From contig NC_086107.1 of NCBI RefSeq assembly GCF_963921235.1, forward strand, positions 96,536,001-96,596,000: a DNA stretch of 60,000 nucleotides. Direction: 5' to 3'. The notes beneath the pieces are model-generated. The model ran no database searches. It had not been told where the DNA came from and saw only the letters and a list, made by a program, of their open reading frames with translations. This stretch comes from Mobula hypostoma (lineage: Eukaryota). Made by a program: the position numbers and the translations under genes. Every line of letters starts with the position of its first letter. Position 1 is the first letter of the stretch. Below, piece by piece: positions 11,714 to 24,098 of this stretch.

Positions 11714-14090
11714 ATCATAGAAAAGTACAGTACAGAACCAGGTCCTTCAGCCCATCTAGTCAGTGCCAAACTATTTAAGCTACCTATTCCCATTAACCTG
11801 CACCGGGACCATAGCCCTCCATACCCCTACCATCCATTCACATTTCTCTTAAAAGTTGAAATAAGCTTGCATGCACCACTTGTGCTGGCAGCTCATTCCA
11901 CACTCTCACCACGCTCAAAGTGAAGAAGTTTCCCCTCATGTTCCCCCTTAAACTTTTCATCTTTCACCCTTAACCAATGACCTCTGGTTTTAGTCTCATC
12001 CAACCTCACTGGAAAAAGCCTGCTTGCTTGCGTTTACCCTATCTATACCTCTATCAAATCTCCTCCCAATCTTCTCTGTTCCAAGGAATAAAGTCAGAAT
12101 CAGAATCAGGTTTATTATCACCGGCATGTGACGTTAAATTTGTTAAGTTAGTAGCAGCAGTTCAATGCAATACATAATCTAGCAGAGAGAGAAAATAATA
12201 AAAAAAACATAATAATAAACAAACAAGTAAATCAATTACGTATATTGAATAGATTTTTTAAAATGTGCAAAAACAGAAATACTGTATATTAAAAAAAGTG
12301 AGGTCGTGACCAAAGCTTCAATGTCAATTTAGGAATCAGATGGCAGAGGGGAAGAAGCTGTTCCTGAATCGCTGAGTGTGTGCCTTCAGGCCTCTGTATC
12401 TCCTACCTGTGAGAAAAGGGCATGCCCTGGGTGCTGGAGGTCCCTAATAATAGACGCTGCCTTTCTGAGACACCATTCCTTAAAGATGTCCTGGGTATTG
12501 GTAGGCTGGATGGAGCTGACTAGATTTACAACCTTCTGCAGCCTCTTTCAGTCCTGTGCAGTAGCCCCTCCATACCAAGCAGTGATGCAGCCTGTCAGAA
12601 TGCTCTCCATGGTACATTTACAGAAGTCTTTGAGTGTATTTGTTGATATCTCTTCAAACTCCTAATGAAGTATAGCCACTGTCTTGCCTTCTTTATGACT
12701 TCATTGATATGTTGGGACCAGGTTAGATCCTCAGAGATCTTGACACCAAGGAACTTGAAGCTGCTCACTCTCTCCACTTCTGATCCCTCTATGAGGATTG
12801 GTACTTGCTCCTTCGTCTTACCCTTCCTGAAGTCCACAATCAGTCTTGACCTATTCATTCTTTCTTTATAACTCAGGTCCTCCAGACCCAGCAACATCTT
12901 CGTAAATTTTCTCTTTCAAAATTATTTACGTATTTCCTGTAGGTAGGTGACCAAAACTGCACCCAATACTCTAAATTAGGTCTCACCAATGCCTTATACA
13001 ACTTCCATCCCATACTCAATACTTTCATTTATGAAGGCCAATGTGCCAAAAGCTTTCTTTATGAACCCATCTACCGGTGACACCATTTTTAATGAATTAT
13101 GGACCTGTATTCCCAGATCCCTTTGTTCTACCTCAGTGCTCTACCAGTCACAGTGTAAGACCTACCCTGGTTGGTCCTACTAAAGTGCAACACCTTGCAC
13201 TAGGCTGCATTAAGTTCCATCTGCCAATTTTCAGCCCATCTTTCCAGCGGATCCAGATCCTGCTGCAAGCCATGATAGCCTTCCTCGCTGCCCACTACAC
13301 CTCCAGTCTTGGTGTCATCTCCAAAGTTGCTGATCCAGTTAATCACATTATCATTCAGATCATTGATATAAATGACAAACAATGGACCCAGCAACAATCT
13401 CTGTGGCACTCTAGTCACAGGCCTCCAAACAGAGAGGCAATCATCTACTACCACTCTCTGGCTTCTCCCACAAAGCCAACGTCTAATCCAATTTACTAAC
13501 TCATCCTGAATGCTGAGTGACTGAACCTTCTTGACCAAACTCCCATGCAGGAACTTATCAAATATTTTGCTAAAGTCCACATAGGCAACATCCAATGATT
13601 TACCTTCATCAACTTTCCTGGCAACTTCTTCGAGAAACTCTGAAACATTGGTTAGACATGACCTACCATGCACGAAACCATGCTGACTATCCCTAATCAG
13701 TCCACGTCTATCCAAGTACTTACATATCCAGTCTCTTAGAATATCTTCCAATAACCTTCCCACTACTGACTTCAGGCTTGCTGGCCTATGGCTTCCTGGT
13801 TTATTTTTAGAGCAGAACAACATTGGCTATCCTCTAATCCTCTGATACCTCTCCTGTCACTAAGGTTAATTTAAATACCTCTGCTGGGGCCCTGGCAATT
13901 TCTGTATTTGCCTCCTTCAGCGTTCGAGGGAACACCTCATTAGGCTCTGGGGATTTATCCACCCTAATTTGCCTCAGGACAGTAAACACCTCCTCCTCTG
14001 TAATCTGAATAGGGTCCCTGAACTTGATGCCACTTTGCCTCACTTCTATAGACGTATTCATCTTCTGAGTAAATACAGATGCAAAAAACT
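11714..14090 (-). mobile_element. CR1 LINE, 5'-truncated, ORF2 RT region
   Basis: ORF 13200-13823 (SQHGFVHGRSCLTN, DFSK.FDK, FGDDTK); CR1 tail near 11714; split by a Rex element. Confidence 0.9.
12092..12845 (-). mobile_element. Rex1/Babar LINE 3' fragment nested in CR1
   Basis: VERVSSFKFLGVKISEDLTW...KKARQWLYF; 3' (TCTGAT)n tail seen as agaatcagaatcag on +. Confidence 0.85.
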
Positions 14091-15744
14091 CTTGTCAAAT
14101 CTTAATTACTTATCTTATAATGACCACTCCCACTGTGACTATACCAAAACTCTAATAAGCTACTATCTACCCTTCTGGAAATACGGTGATGTTTGCAATT
14201 TCCATTCACTGGGAGTTCTGTACTAAAGACTCACCTGGTTCTGCTGGCAATGCTCCCTAAATATTTACCAGGCTGAGTGAAATGTTAATGTGCAATATCT
14301 TAAAAAAAAGGTGAATTATATGTACAAGGTTTAATAAAATAACACCCATCCAGAAAATCTGAACAACTGGCACCACCAAAGTTCCTAGAATGCTGGATTA
14401 ATGGAGTCTTACTGTACTGTTTTCTACCAGTGCACAGCAGGATCAGAATTATGGTTATATTTAACTGCTGGACATCTCAGAGTTGAAATGAGTGCCACAT
14501 GAAAATGCTGTACTTTCAGTTACACCGTACTGAACGACGGTTGATGATGATACTGGAGTTTCAATTTCAAGATGACCTAAAATCCTTTCTATTAGCAATG
14601 TCTATACATGCTGAAAAACAAATGTACTTTATTTATGGACTTTTTTCTCAGGTTCCATTCAAATCATTTAAAACCCACAGGACACATCATTTTGAAATGT
14701 GGAGGGTGCCAGTTCACAGACTTATGTTCATCCTTGGCTGGATGGAACAATGAAGTCCTGAGATACTTTAGCTCAGCAGGAAGTAAAAACTGTGTATTTT
14801 TAAATCTGTTGAAGCCCCATCAACTATCTATTAATAACAGGGGCTAAGGCTTTCATAGAAAACAAAACAGGTAACAAAACCTAAGCAGTAGAGCTTAAGT
14901 CACATACCTTGAGTTAGACAGGATACTGCAACCTCCAATTCTCTAGAAGTGTATTACAGCTATGAGTAAGAATCATAAGTATCTACCAGTGGTTAACAGT
15001 TTTTGCATTTATGTTTGTACCCTTTTTGACATCAAAGTGAAAAACTGCAATGCTTCAAGTTTTGTGGTTTATGTTGCTGTGCCAACAAAAAATTTAATGA
15101 ACCATCTGTAATAAATCTGCATCAATCTCGTGTATAAATTTTAAATGCTGTAATCATGAGCAACCTCCTGTGTGGATCATACTGAAAGCCTTTTGAAAAT
15201 CCAAATGCACCACGTCCTCAAAAAACTCCAGCAAACTCAAACACAATGTTGCTGTCATAATTCATACTAACTCTGTTTCAGCTATTTACTCTTTTCAAGT
15301 TCTTCTGTCACTATACCCTTTGTAATAAATTTCAGTAGTTTTCTATGTTCTTTCACATTCCGTTCTTGAACAAACTTAATGTCATGTGCGTCAGTGCCAA
15401 TAAATCTGATTCTAAGTTGTTTGATTACATTGCTGTCCTCCAGTCCACAGGTACAATTTAAGAACCTATATAGACGTTTGGAAAATGAATTACAGAATAT
15501 CCACCATCTCTTTCAAAACTCAAGACTTAATGGATGAGACAAATGATGTAGAAAGCTGAATACTACAAACACCTTCTGCTATTTATATGCGCACCTACCC
15601 GCCTGCACTAATGCAGAAAAAATACCTCTTCCTATTTTTCCATGCTTGCTATCTGGTCTCCCTATCCCAGTAAATCAATCTAATAAATCTTCCGTATATT
15701 AATCTAAAGCCAAATATTTCTCTTTACAGCTAAGGCAATTAGGA

Positions 15745-16482
15745 CAACACACATCAAAGTTGCTGGTGAACTCAGCAGGCCAGGCAGCATCTCTAGGAAG
15801 AGGTACAGTTGACGTTTCGGGCCGAGACCCTTCGTCAGGACTGTAGGACCATTACAGACAGTAAAGAAAGTGTCCCGAAGGTGTGGAAGGGTCTGGGATA
15901 GGGACACCAAATACCTCTTCATGGCGGAGAAGGTCGCCTTCAGAGCTTGACGGGAGAAGCGACGAGAGGCAGAGTCAATAAAATGTGAGTACCTGGGATC
16001 CTCAGAAGGTCCAAATTGAGAGGCGAAAACAAATCCTAAAGCCAACTGGAGTAAGTTGGCGGCGGAGACACGTTCCAAGAAAGGATATATGGCTGTGATA
16101 GCGAGTCTGAGTCAAAATGTGGTCAAAAAGTTGAAGGGCCAAAAAAACTACAGATGGGGAGCAGTGAGAGATGGTTTCACTGAGCTCCCATCGAAGAGAA
16201 GATTTAAACTTCTTCAGTGTAGGCATCACTGGAACAGGCTTCGCAGTAGTGAATTTAAAAACGCAAACACGAGGAATTCTGCAGATGCTGGAAATTCAAG
16301 CAACACACAAGTTGCTGGTGAACGCAGCAGGCCAGGCAGCATCTCCAGGAAGAGGTACAGTTGACGTCTCGGCCTGAAACATTGACTGTACCTCTTCCTA
16401 GAGATGCTGCCTGGCCTGCTGTGTTCACCAGCAACTTTGATGTGTGTTGTTTGAATTTCCAGCATCTGCAGAATTCCTTGTG
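15745..16482 (-). mobile_element. Rearranged Penelope-like element: inverted pLTR + pLTR + ORF N-terminus + pLTR
   Basis: 14-bp TSD taaggcaattagga (15731-15744 / 16483-16496); N-terminal ORF MPTLKK...HISFLGTCLRRQLTPVGF; three pLTR copies. Confidence 0.85.
15806..15843 (-). ncRNA. Minimal type I hammerhead ribozyme motif (PLE pLTR)
   Basis: CAGUC-CUGACGA-A-GGGUCUCGGCCC-GAAA-CG-UC^AACUG: intact core boxes, stem II and palindromic ACGU stem III. Confidence 0.7.
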
Positions 16483-16735
16483 TAAGGCAATTAGGAGGCT
16501 ACATTTAAAGAAAGCATAAAACAACCACACAAAAATTCTAAATATCAAAACTTATTACCAGAATAAATAAATATTACTTTCTCACAATGCCTATTCTCAT
16601 CAGAACAGGTGAAACAATTGCTCCTTAAAAAGATGCATCTTTAAAAAAATATCATTAAGTAGAATTCCAGTTAATTGGGACACATTAGGAATAGTACATT
16701 TTGGCCCAATTAATCGGCTGCCCCAATTTGCTGAA

Positions 16736-17018
16736 TGTGGCATGTGGCCAAGTGGTTAGGGCTTTGGACTAGCGACCTGAAGGTCGTGGGTTCGAGCCTC
16801 GGCCGTAGCAGCGTGTGAGTGTCCTTGAGCAGGGCACTTAACCACACAATGCTCCAGTCTACCCAGCTGAGAATGGGTACCGGCAAAAATGCTGGGGGTT
16901 GACGTCGCGATAGACTGGTGTCCTATCGGGGCAGGGGGAGTCTTGTACTCTCAGTCACTTCATGCCATGGAAACTGGCATAAGCACCAGCCACAAGGCTC
17001 ATGACAGACTTTAATCCG
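16736..17018 (+). mobile_element. tRNA-derived SINE
   Basis: A box tggccaagtgg, B box ggttcgagcc, core gtgtccttgagcagggcacttaacc; 10-bp TSD atttgctgaa (16726-16735 / 17019-17028). Confidence 0.85.
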
Positions 17019-17560
17019 ATTTGCTGAAGTTTCATGGAAATAGTTAAAAAGACAATATGACAAACTGCTGTTTAACTGAGTAACAAATTATGAACTTAAA
17101 TGAAATACAGAACAAATTGGAACACTACAAATACTACTACAGTACTATAAAACTGTGTATTTGCTCCTTAATTTTTATTGAAGGATATAGTTTACGCTGC
17201 CATTTTAATTTGATTGATTGTAAATGAACAAAATCAGCGCAGCCCTGGTGCAGATAATGGAATGCCTGCATGCAATTTTTACTGATTGCATCCTTGAAAT
17301 CATCATTTTCATTGTAACGTTCAAGATGATTGTCAATACCCTCAAGTTCTTTGTAGTTCCACTTGTTGAATAGTGAACTAGTTTCAATTTCACTCCTGGC
17401 TGTTTCTGGCATCTCCTTGCCTAAATGCTTGAAATCACACTGAGCAAAAGAATTCTGTAATGTCTTACTGCTTATTTCTCGCCAACTATCGGTGACTAAA
17501 ATTCACTGCTTTTTAAACACAATACACAAATCTGATGCTAGTTATAAACTGTGCAGCAAC

Positions 17561-18423
17561 TGTTACATGCCTCAAGGAGATCTATGATTTTTTTTATGAG
17601 AACGATGTTATGATCTTTTGGAGGTCACCTGATGTAATTTTCCAGCCATTGTGAGGTCATGTGGTGACATGTGCACCATGGGTATATAAGGGAAGACCCC
17701 AGATGACGCAGTTAGCTTTTAGTTTTTAGATTTCCAGCTAGAATGTACTGTGTCTCCGTTTCTGTTGCGTATTTGTTTTTATGATGCAGTTTCATATTTA
17801 AAACGGAGTGTTGCGTTCTGTTGCAAGGTACAATATTACTGGACTGGAAATTTTTGCTAGACGTGTTGATGTACCTTATTCCAGTAGTAGAAGGGAGAGT
17901 GAAGACTTTATTGAAGTACAAGACCCGCAGGAGTCGGCATCATTCGGCAGTTTAACAAAGGATCGACCTTATTGAGTCTTCGTTGAAGGAGTAGTGACCT
18001 GCATCGAAAATAACTCTTGCCAAAAGAGCAAGGAGTTCATGCAGGATTTGCTCTCTAGAAGAATTTAAGGTCAGTTGTTTTAAACTGTTTATTTCCGGCA
18101 TCGTGAATCCTGTGGACAGAACCAGGATGAAAGTTGCGTCTATGAAGAAATCCTACTCCAGAGAAGTCTCTCCCAATTGAATGTATAAATCTGTTGGACT
18201 TTCGATTTATCATTTTAAGAACTATATCTGACTTTACCGCTTTAAGAACAGTTTTCGCATTTAACGCTTTCAGAACCAGTGCCGATCTGTTGAATGGCTG
18301 CATAGCGGTTAACTTCCGGTTAAGGTTTTCATTTTTTTAATTGTTTATCTGTGTTTAATAAATGTTTGGTTGTTTTTATATAACCTGTCTTGATTGATAC
18401 TCATTGTTGCTGGTTACGTAACA
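17561..18423 (+). mobile_element. Solo LTR (Gypsy-like)
   Basis: TGTTAC...GTAACA termini, 4-bp TSD caac, TATATAA near 17683, AATAAA near 18357. Confidence 0.85.
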
Positions 18424-18835
18424 CAACAAACTTCTGCCCCAATTAAGCGGCATAGTGTCTAAAATCCCAGATATTTTCTCGAATAGTTTGTGTTCTTTAA
18501 AATAGATGCTGCCCCTATTAACTGATGACCCAATTAACTGGAATCCACTGTAATTATTATTGACACATTGACAAAGACTCTTTACAAATCTACATATATT
18601 TTAAATGATTTAAATGTTCTGTCTGATTTTTCGGCATTACTTTTTTGCCAAGGAGACTGATTTTTAGTTTGAAGAAGTCTTTATACTTGTTCTGCCTGTC
18701 TCCAATATGCAGAACTACTTCAATGGAATTGTTGAAACTGTGTCTAAAAATACCTCTGTTGAAGCTAATAATCTCCCTCAGAATTGCAAAGAGTTGCACA
18801 TGGACAGGATTTGGCGATACAGTTTTGAAGCTTAC

Positions 18836-18928
18836 CTTGTTGCGCCACTTTGAACATCAATTGACCAAAATCAATGGCTCCTCCACTGTTGAAAACCAAT
18901 TTAAATGAAGCCTGACCTTCCCAGCCAC
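18836..18928 (-). CDS. WBP2NL: WBP2NL-like coding exon 4 ([31 protein letters not shown])
   Basis: Acceptor ...ggcag, donor G|gtaagc; 93 nt, phase 1-1; GGWEG and GGAI.FGQ motifs. Confidence 0.93.
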
Positions 18929-20007
18929 CTGCCAGTCAATAGAGTTCAAATTACATATAATACAAACAAAAATTGTTAAAACAATTGATTTATTTTCTAA
19001 GACTTTGGACTTCAGTTCATCTACAAGAACTGCTCAATATATTCTAACCTACAATAAATCTTGTTTATGTATTCTCCCAATGCTTGCTAATTTACATTAA
19101 CTAAAGGTCTAGCAATGGCTTATTTAAAAAATTCTCATCTATTCTCTTATATCCTGTTTATTTTTCACCTAATCTAGGAAGACATTTCATGATAGCCATT
19201 TTCCAAGAATTCTGCTCTTGTGAATCCACAATGTCCTTTGTTGTACCTCGGTTGCCATGGCCCTGGCTACGGAATGCCTCACTGCATCTCAGTATTCTTC
19301 TTATTTTAGAACATATCTTGACCTTACCTAGCATATTAACTCCTTTGACAGTTGGGTAGCAAATTAAGATTTGATAGTTGCTCCAATGAATTGCTTTAGA
19401 ATGTTTAACTATATTAAATATATAAATTAAATATAATAAGCATTGTTTTGTTCATCTTAATTCTACACAATGAATTTACTTACAGAATGACCATTGACAG
19501 TTTCTAATTAGGTGTTTCTGTGTCCAAGGTATACCACTTTCTCCAAAGTCAGAATTCTTTAGCTTTTGGCAACAAACATATCTTTCCAACCACTATCAAC
19601 TGGATCAGACTGCAGGCAACAGGGCATTGCTTGAGTTTTAAATACTACATCCTATTATCGACAGTGCTGTGTTCCACTTCTACAACACTGTCCTCCACAT
19701 GGGGGCTACAGAGATCACACATTTGTTGACATAAAGTGAGTAATATTAACTGACACTCTTCCCTTCTCCCTCTAATGGGAATAATGAATTTTCTTCAACT
19801 CTTTGGATTTGCTAATAACCACAAGTTTACATGCTTCCTTCCCACCCCTCAAAGTTCCTGATAACATATTTATGTTTGAGATTATTTTTCATAATAAGTT
19901 CATTGTCAGTTAATCCAAACCATGACTAAACTACAGTTAAAAATTTTCATATTAAGCATTTTTTTTAAACTTTTGGTCTCATTATCCTCCTTCCTCAGTA
20001 AAATTGT

Positions 20008-22222
20008 AAGACCATAAGATCATAAGATAATGGGAGCAGAAGTAGGCCATTCCGCCCATCAAGACTGCTCCGCCATTCAATCATGGCTGATCCAATTCTT
20101 CCAGTCATCCCCACTCCCCCACCTTCTCCCCATACCCTTTGATGACCTGAACCTATCTATCTCTGCCTTAAATACACCCAATGACTTGGCCTCCACAGCC
20201 ACTCGTGGCAACAAATTCCACAGATTTACCACCCTCTGACTAAAGTAATTTCTCCGCATCTCTGTTCTAAATGGACGTCCTTCAATCCTGAAGTCATGCC
20301 CTCTTGTCTTAGACTCCCCTACCATGGGAAATAACTTTGCCTTATATAATCTGTTCAGGCCTTTTAACATTCGGAATGTTTCTATGAGATCCCCCCCTCA
20401 TACTCCTGAACTCCATGGAATACAGCCCAAGAGCTACCAGACGATCCTCATATGGTAACCCGTGCATTCCTGGAATCATTCTCATGAATCTTCTCTGAAC
20501 CCTCTCCAATGTCAGTACGTCCTTTCTAAAATAAGGAGCCCAGAACTGCACACAATACCCCAAGTGTGGTCTCACGAGTGCCTTATAGGGCGTCAATATC
20601 ACATCCCTGCTCTTATATTCTATACTTCTAGAAATGAATGCCAACATTGCATTCGCCTTCTTCACCACCGACTCAACGTGGAGGTTAACTTTTAGGGTAT
20701 CCTGCACAAGGACTCCCAAGTCCCTTTGCATCCCTGTGTTATGAATTCTCTCTCCATCTAAATAATAGTTTGCCCATTTATTTCTTCCACCAAAATGCAT
20801 GACCATACACTTTCCAACATTGTATTTCATTTGCCACTTCTTTGCCCATTCCCCTAAACCATCTAAGTCTCTCTGCAGGCTCTCTGTTTCCTCAACACTA
20901 CCCGCTCCTCCACCTATCTTTCTATCATTGGCAAATTTAGCCACAAATCCATTAATCCCATAGTCCAAATCGTTGACATACAATGTAAAAAGCAACAGTC
21001 CCAACACCGACCCCCGTGGAGCTCCACTGGTAACCCGCAGCCAGCCAGAATAGGATCCCTTTATTCCCACTCTCTGCTTTCTGCTGATCAACCAATGCTC
21101 CACCCAACTTCCCTGTAATTCCATGGGCTCTTATTTTGCTAAGCAGCTTCATGTGCGGCACCTTGTCAAAGCCGTTCTGAAGATCCAAGTACACCACATC
21201 CACTGAATCTCCTTTGTCTACCCTGCTTGTAATTTCCTCAAAAAATTGCAGTAGGTTAGTCAGGTAGGATTTTCCTTTCAGAAAACCATGCTGACTTTGG
21301 CCTATCTTGTCATGTGTCTCCAGGTACTCCATAATCTCATTCCTAACTATCAATTCCAACAACTTTTCAACCACTGACGTCAGGCTAACAGGTCTATAGT
21401 TTCCTTCCTGCTGCCTCTCACCCTTCTCAAATAGCGGACTAACATTTGCAATTTTTCAGTCCTCTGGTACAATGCCAGAATCTATCGACTCTTGAAGTCC
21501 GCAATCTCGCCAGCTACTTCCTTTAGAACCCAAAGGTGCCTTCCATCAGGTCCAGGAGATTTATCCACCCTCAGACCATTAAGCTTCCTGAATACCCTCT
21601 CAGTCGTAACTTTCACTGCACATACTTCACTTCCCTGACACTCTTGAATGTCCGGTATACTGCAGATGTCTTCCACTGTGAAGACTGATGCAAAATAAGC
21701 ATCCAGTTCCTCTGTCATCTCTGTGTCTCTCATTACAATACCTCCAGCGTCATTTTCTATTGGTCCTATATCTACCCTCAACTCTCTTTTACTTTATATA
21801 CTTAAAAAAGCTTTTAGTATCTTCTTTGATATTAGACGCCAGCTTTCTTTCATAATCCATCTTTTCCTTCCTAATGACCTTAGTTTCCTTTTGCAAGTTT
21901 TTAAAAGCTTCCTAATCCTCTATCTTGCCACTAGCTTTGGCTTCATTGTCTCTTTTGTTTTTACTTTAGCTCTGACTTCATTTGTCAGCCACAGTAGTGT
22001 CCTTCTTCCATTCAAAAACTTCCTCGTTAATTGGAATACATCTATCTTGCACTTCCCTCTTTTTTCGCAGAAACTCCAGCTATTTCTGCTCTGCTGTTCT
22101 TCCTGCTAGTGTCCCTTTCCAGTTAACCTTGGCCAGTTCCCCTCTTACGCCATTGTAATTTCCTTTATTCCACTGAAATACCGACACATTGGAATTTAGT
22201 TTCTCCTTCTCAAATTTCAAAA
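20008..22222 (-). mobile_element. CR1 LINE, 5'-truncated, relatively young
   Basis: ORF2 RT fragments (SQHGFLKGKS.LTNLL, G.P.GSVLG, KFAND.K, LERVQRRF); (cttatggt)n-type tail. Confidence 0.92.
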
Positions 22223-22273
22223 TAGTTGGAAACACAACTTGTTTCAGTTCTGAACTTTGATTATTTTACATAC

Positions 22274-22409
22274 CTCCAGGTTCAGCCCGAATGGTTCCCT
22301 TTATGTAATTAGCCGAGAAGACTGGTTGCTCAATAGAACATCCTTTTACAAGGTAGAAGGGCATCATGAATGACTGCATTGGATCCTTTCCTTTTGATAG
22401 AAAGATCAT
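22274..22409 (-). CDS. WBP2NL: WBP2NL-like coding exon 3 ([45 protein letters not shown])
   Basis: Acceptor ttgttgtttcag, donor G|gtatgt; 136 nt; in frame with exon 2; GRAM domain motif [21 protein letters not shown]. Confidence 0.93.
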
Positions 22410-22519
22410 CTGAAACAACAAGTGAAACTGGCTTGTATAATTACAGATTTGCTTTTAAGCCTTCAATTTTTCCCTCCAGCAAAATAACACAGCTATAGGA
22501 GGCAGCAGTCAAATGGAGA

Positions 22520-23320
22520 CTGGCCCAGTATAGAAACATCAATGCTCTTGAATAGAAAATCCTACGGAAAGTAATGGATACAGGTAAATCCGTCCCCACC
22601 ACTGAGCACATTGACAAGGAGCGCTGTCGCAGGAAACCAGCATCCATCATTAAGGTCCCCCACCAACCAGGCCATGCTCTGTTCTCGCTACTGCCATCAG
22701 GAAGGAGGTACAAGAATCTTAAGTCCTATATCATTAGGGTCAGGAACAGTTATTACCAGGCAGCATCAATAGAAAAGAGTACCAAAGGGTCTCAGCCCGA
22801 AACGCCATAAGAACATAAGAAATAGGAGCAGGAGCAGGCCTTTTGACCTGGCAATGGACTCATCTCCACCTACCTGTGCTTTCCCCATAACCCTTAATCC
22901 CCCTACTATGCAAGAATCTATCCAACCATTTCATAAATATATTTACTGAGGTAGCTTCCACTGTTTCATTGGGCAGAGAATTTCACAGGTTTACCACTCT
23001 CTGGCAAAAACAGTTCCTCCTCATCTCTGTCCTAAATCTACTCTTGAGGCTATGTCCCCTAGTTCTAGTCTCACCTACCAGTGGAAACAACTTTCTTGCC
23101 TCTATCTTATCTATCCCTGACATAATATTATATGTTTCGATAAGATCCCCTCTCATTCTTCTGAATTCCAGCAAGTGCAGTCCCAGGTGACTCAATCTCT
23201 CCTCATAGTCTAACATAGTTGAATGTACTCTTTTCCACAGATGCTGCCTGGCCTGCTGAGTTCCTCCAGCATTTTGTGTGTGCTGTTTGGATTTTCAGGA
23301 TCTGCAGATTTTCTCGTTTG
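22520..23320. mobile_element. Cluster of a Rex/Babar fragment (+), a CR1 3' end (-) and PLE pLTR pieces
   Basis: ASIIKVPHQPGHALFSLLPSGRRY; RRMRGDLIETY on -; pLTR tail at 23215-23320. Confidence 0.75.
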
Positions 23321-24098
23321 TGGGTGAGAATCCTCTCTACAGACCTGCCACACAGGCACAAAAGCCCTGGCAAATTCGTCCCCTTACATCCTGTTGTTTT
23401 TCCGACCACGGCAAAATCCATCCTAGCCACTCGCCAGGCCGACCCCGCAGCCCTGCAGAACCTGACATATTGAGTCCCTGACTCTCCTCTGGCATTCTAA
23501 CCCGTGACAAAGTCCAACCTGGATACCTGCCAGTCCAACCCTGCAGTCCCGCAGAACCCACATTACTCAGATTCATTTTCTTGTAGGCATTCACAGGAAC
23601 AAGGAATCAATAAAGAAGTATACACAAAGACTGACAAACAACCAATGTGTAAAAGAAGACAAACGGCGCAAATAGATGTTAGACAGACAGAGAGCTAGAT
23701 AGATACAACCAGATGGTATGTTGCCTGCAGGTGCCAGGGTCAGGGATGTCTTGGATCGAGTCTATGGCATTCTAAAAGGGGAGGGTCACCAGCCAGAAGC
23801 CTTGGTGCATATTGGCACCAATGACATAGGTGGGAAAGGTCCTGGAGAGAGAATTCAGAGAGCTAGGTATAAAGCTGAAATGCAGGGCCTCCAGGGTAGT
23901 AATCTCTGAATTGCTGCCTGTGCCACGCCCCAGTGAGGGTAAGAATAGGATGAGTTGGCATATGAATGTGTGGCTGAGGAACTGGTGCAGGAGTTCAGAT
24001 TCCTGGATCATTTTGAATTCTCCTGGGGAAGGTATGACTTGTACATAAGGGATGGGTTACGCCTGAGCCCGAGGGGGAACCAATATTCTTGCAGGCAG

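Larger units (their letters stand above)
16658..18550. mobile_element. Tigger/pogo-like non-autonomous DNA transposon hosting a SINE and a solo LTR
   Basis: TIRs ..attccagttaattggg / cccaattaactggaatccactg + TA. Confidence 0.65.

Noticed and set aside
15840..15850. PLE ORF/ribozyme junction as a spliced intron
   Set aside because: The junction does not coincide with the acceptor-like ttccttcag seen upstream of the ribozyme in the 24230 copy
16736..16810. tRNA gene
   Set aside because: It is the tRNA-derived head of a TSD-flanked SINE and lacks a proper acceptor stem
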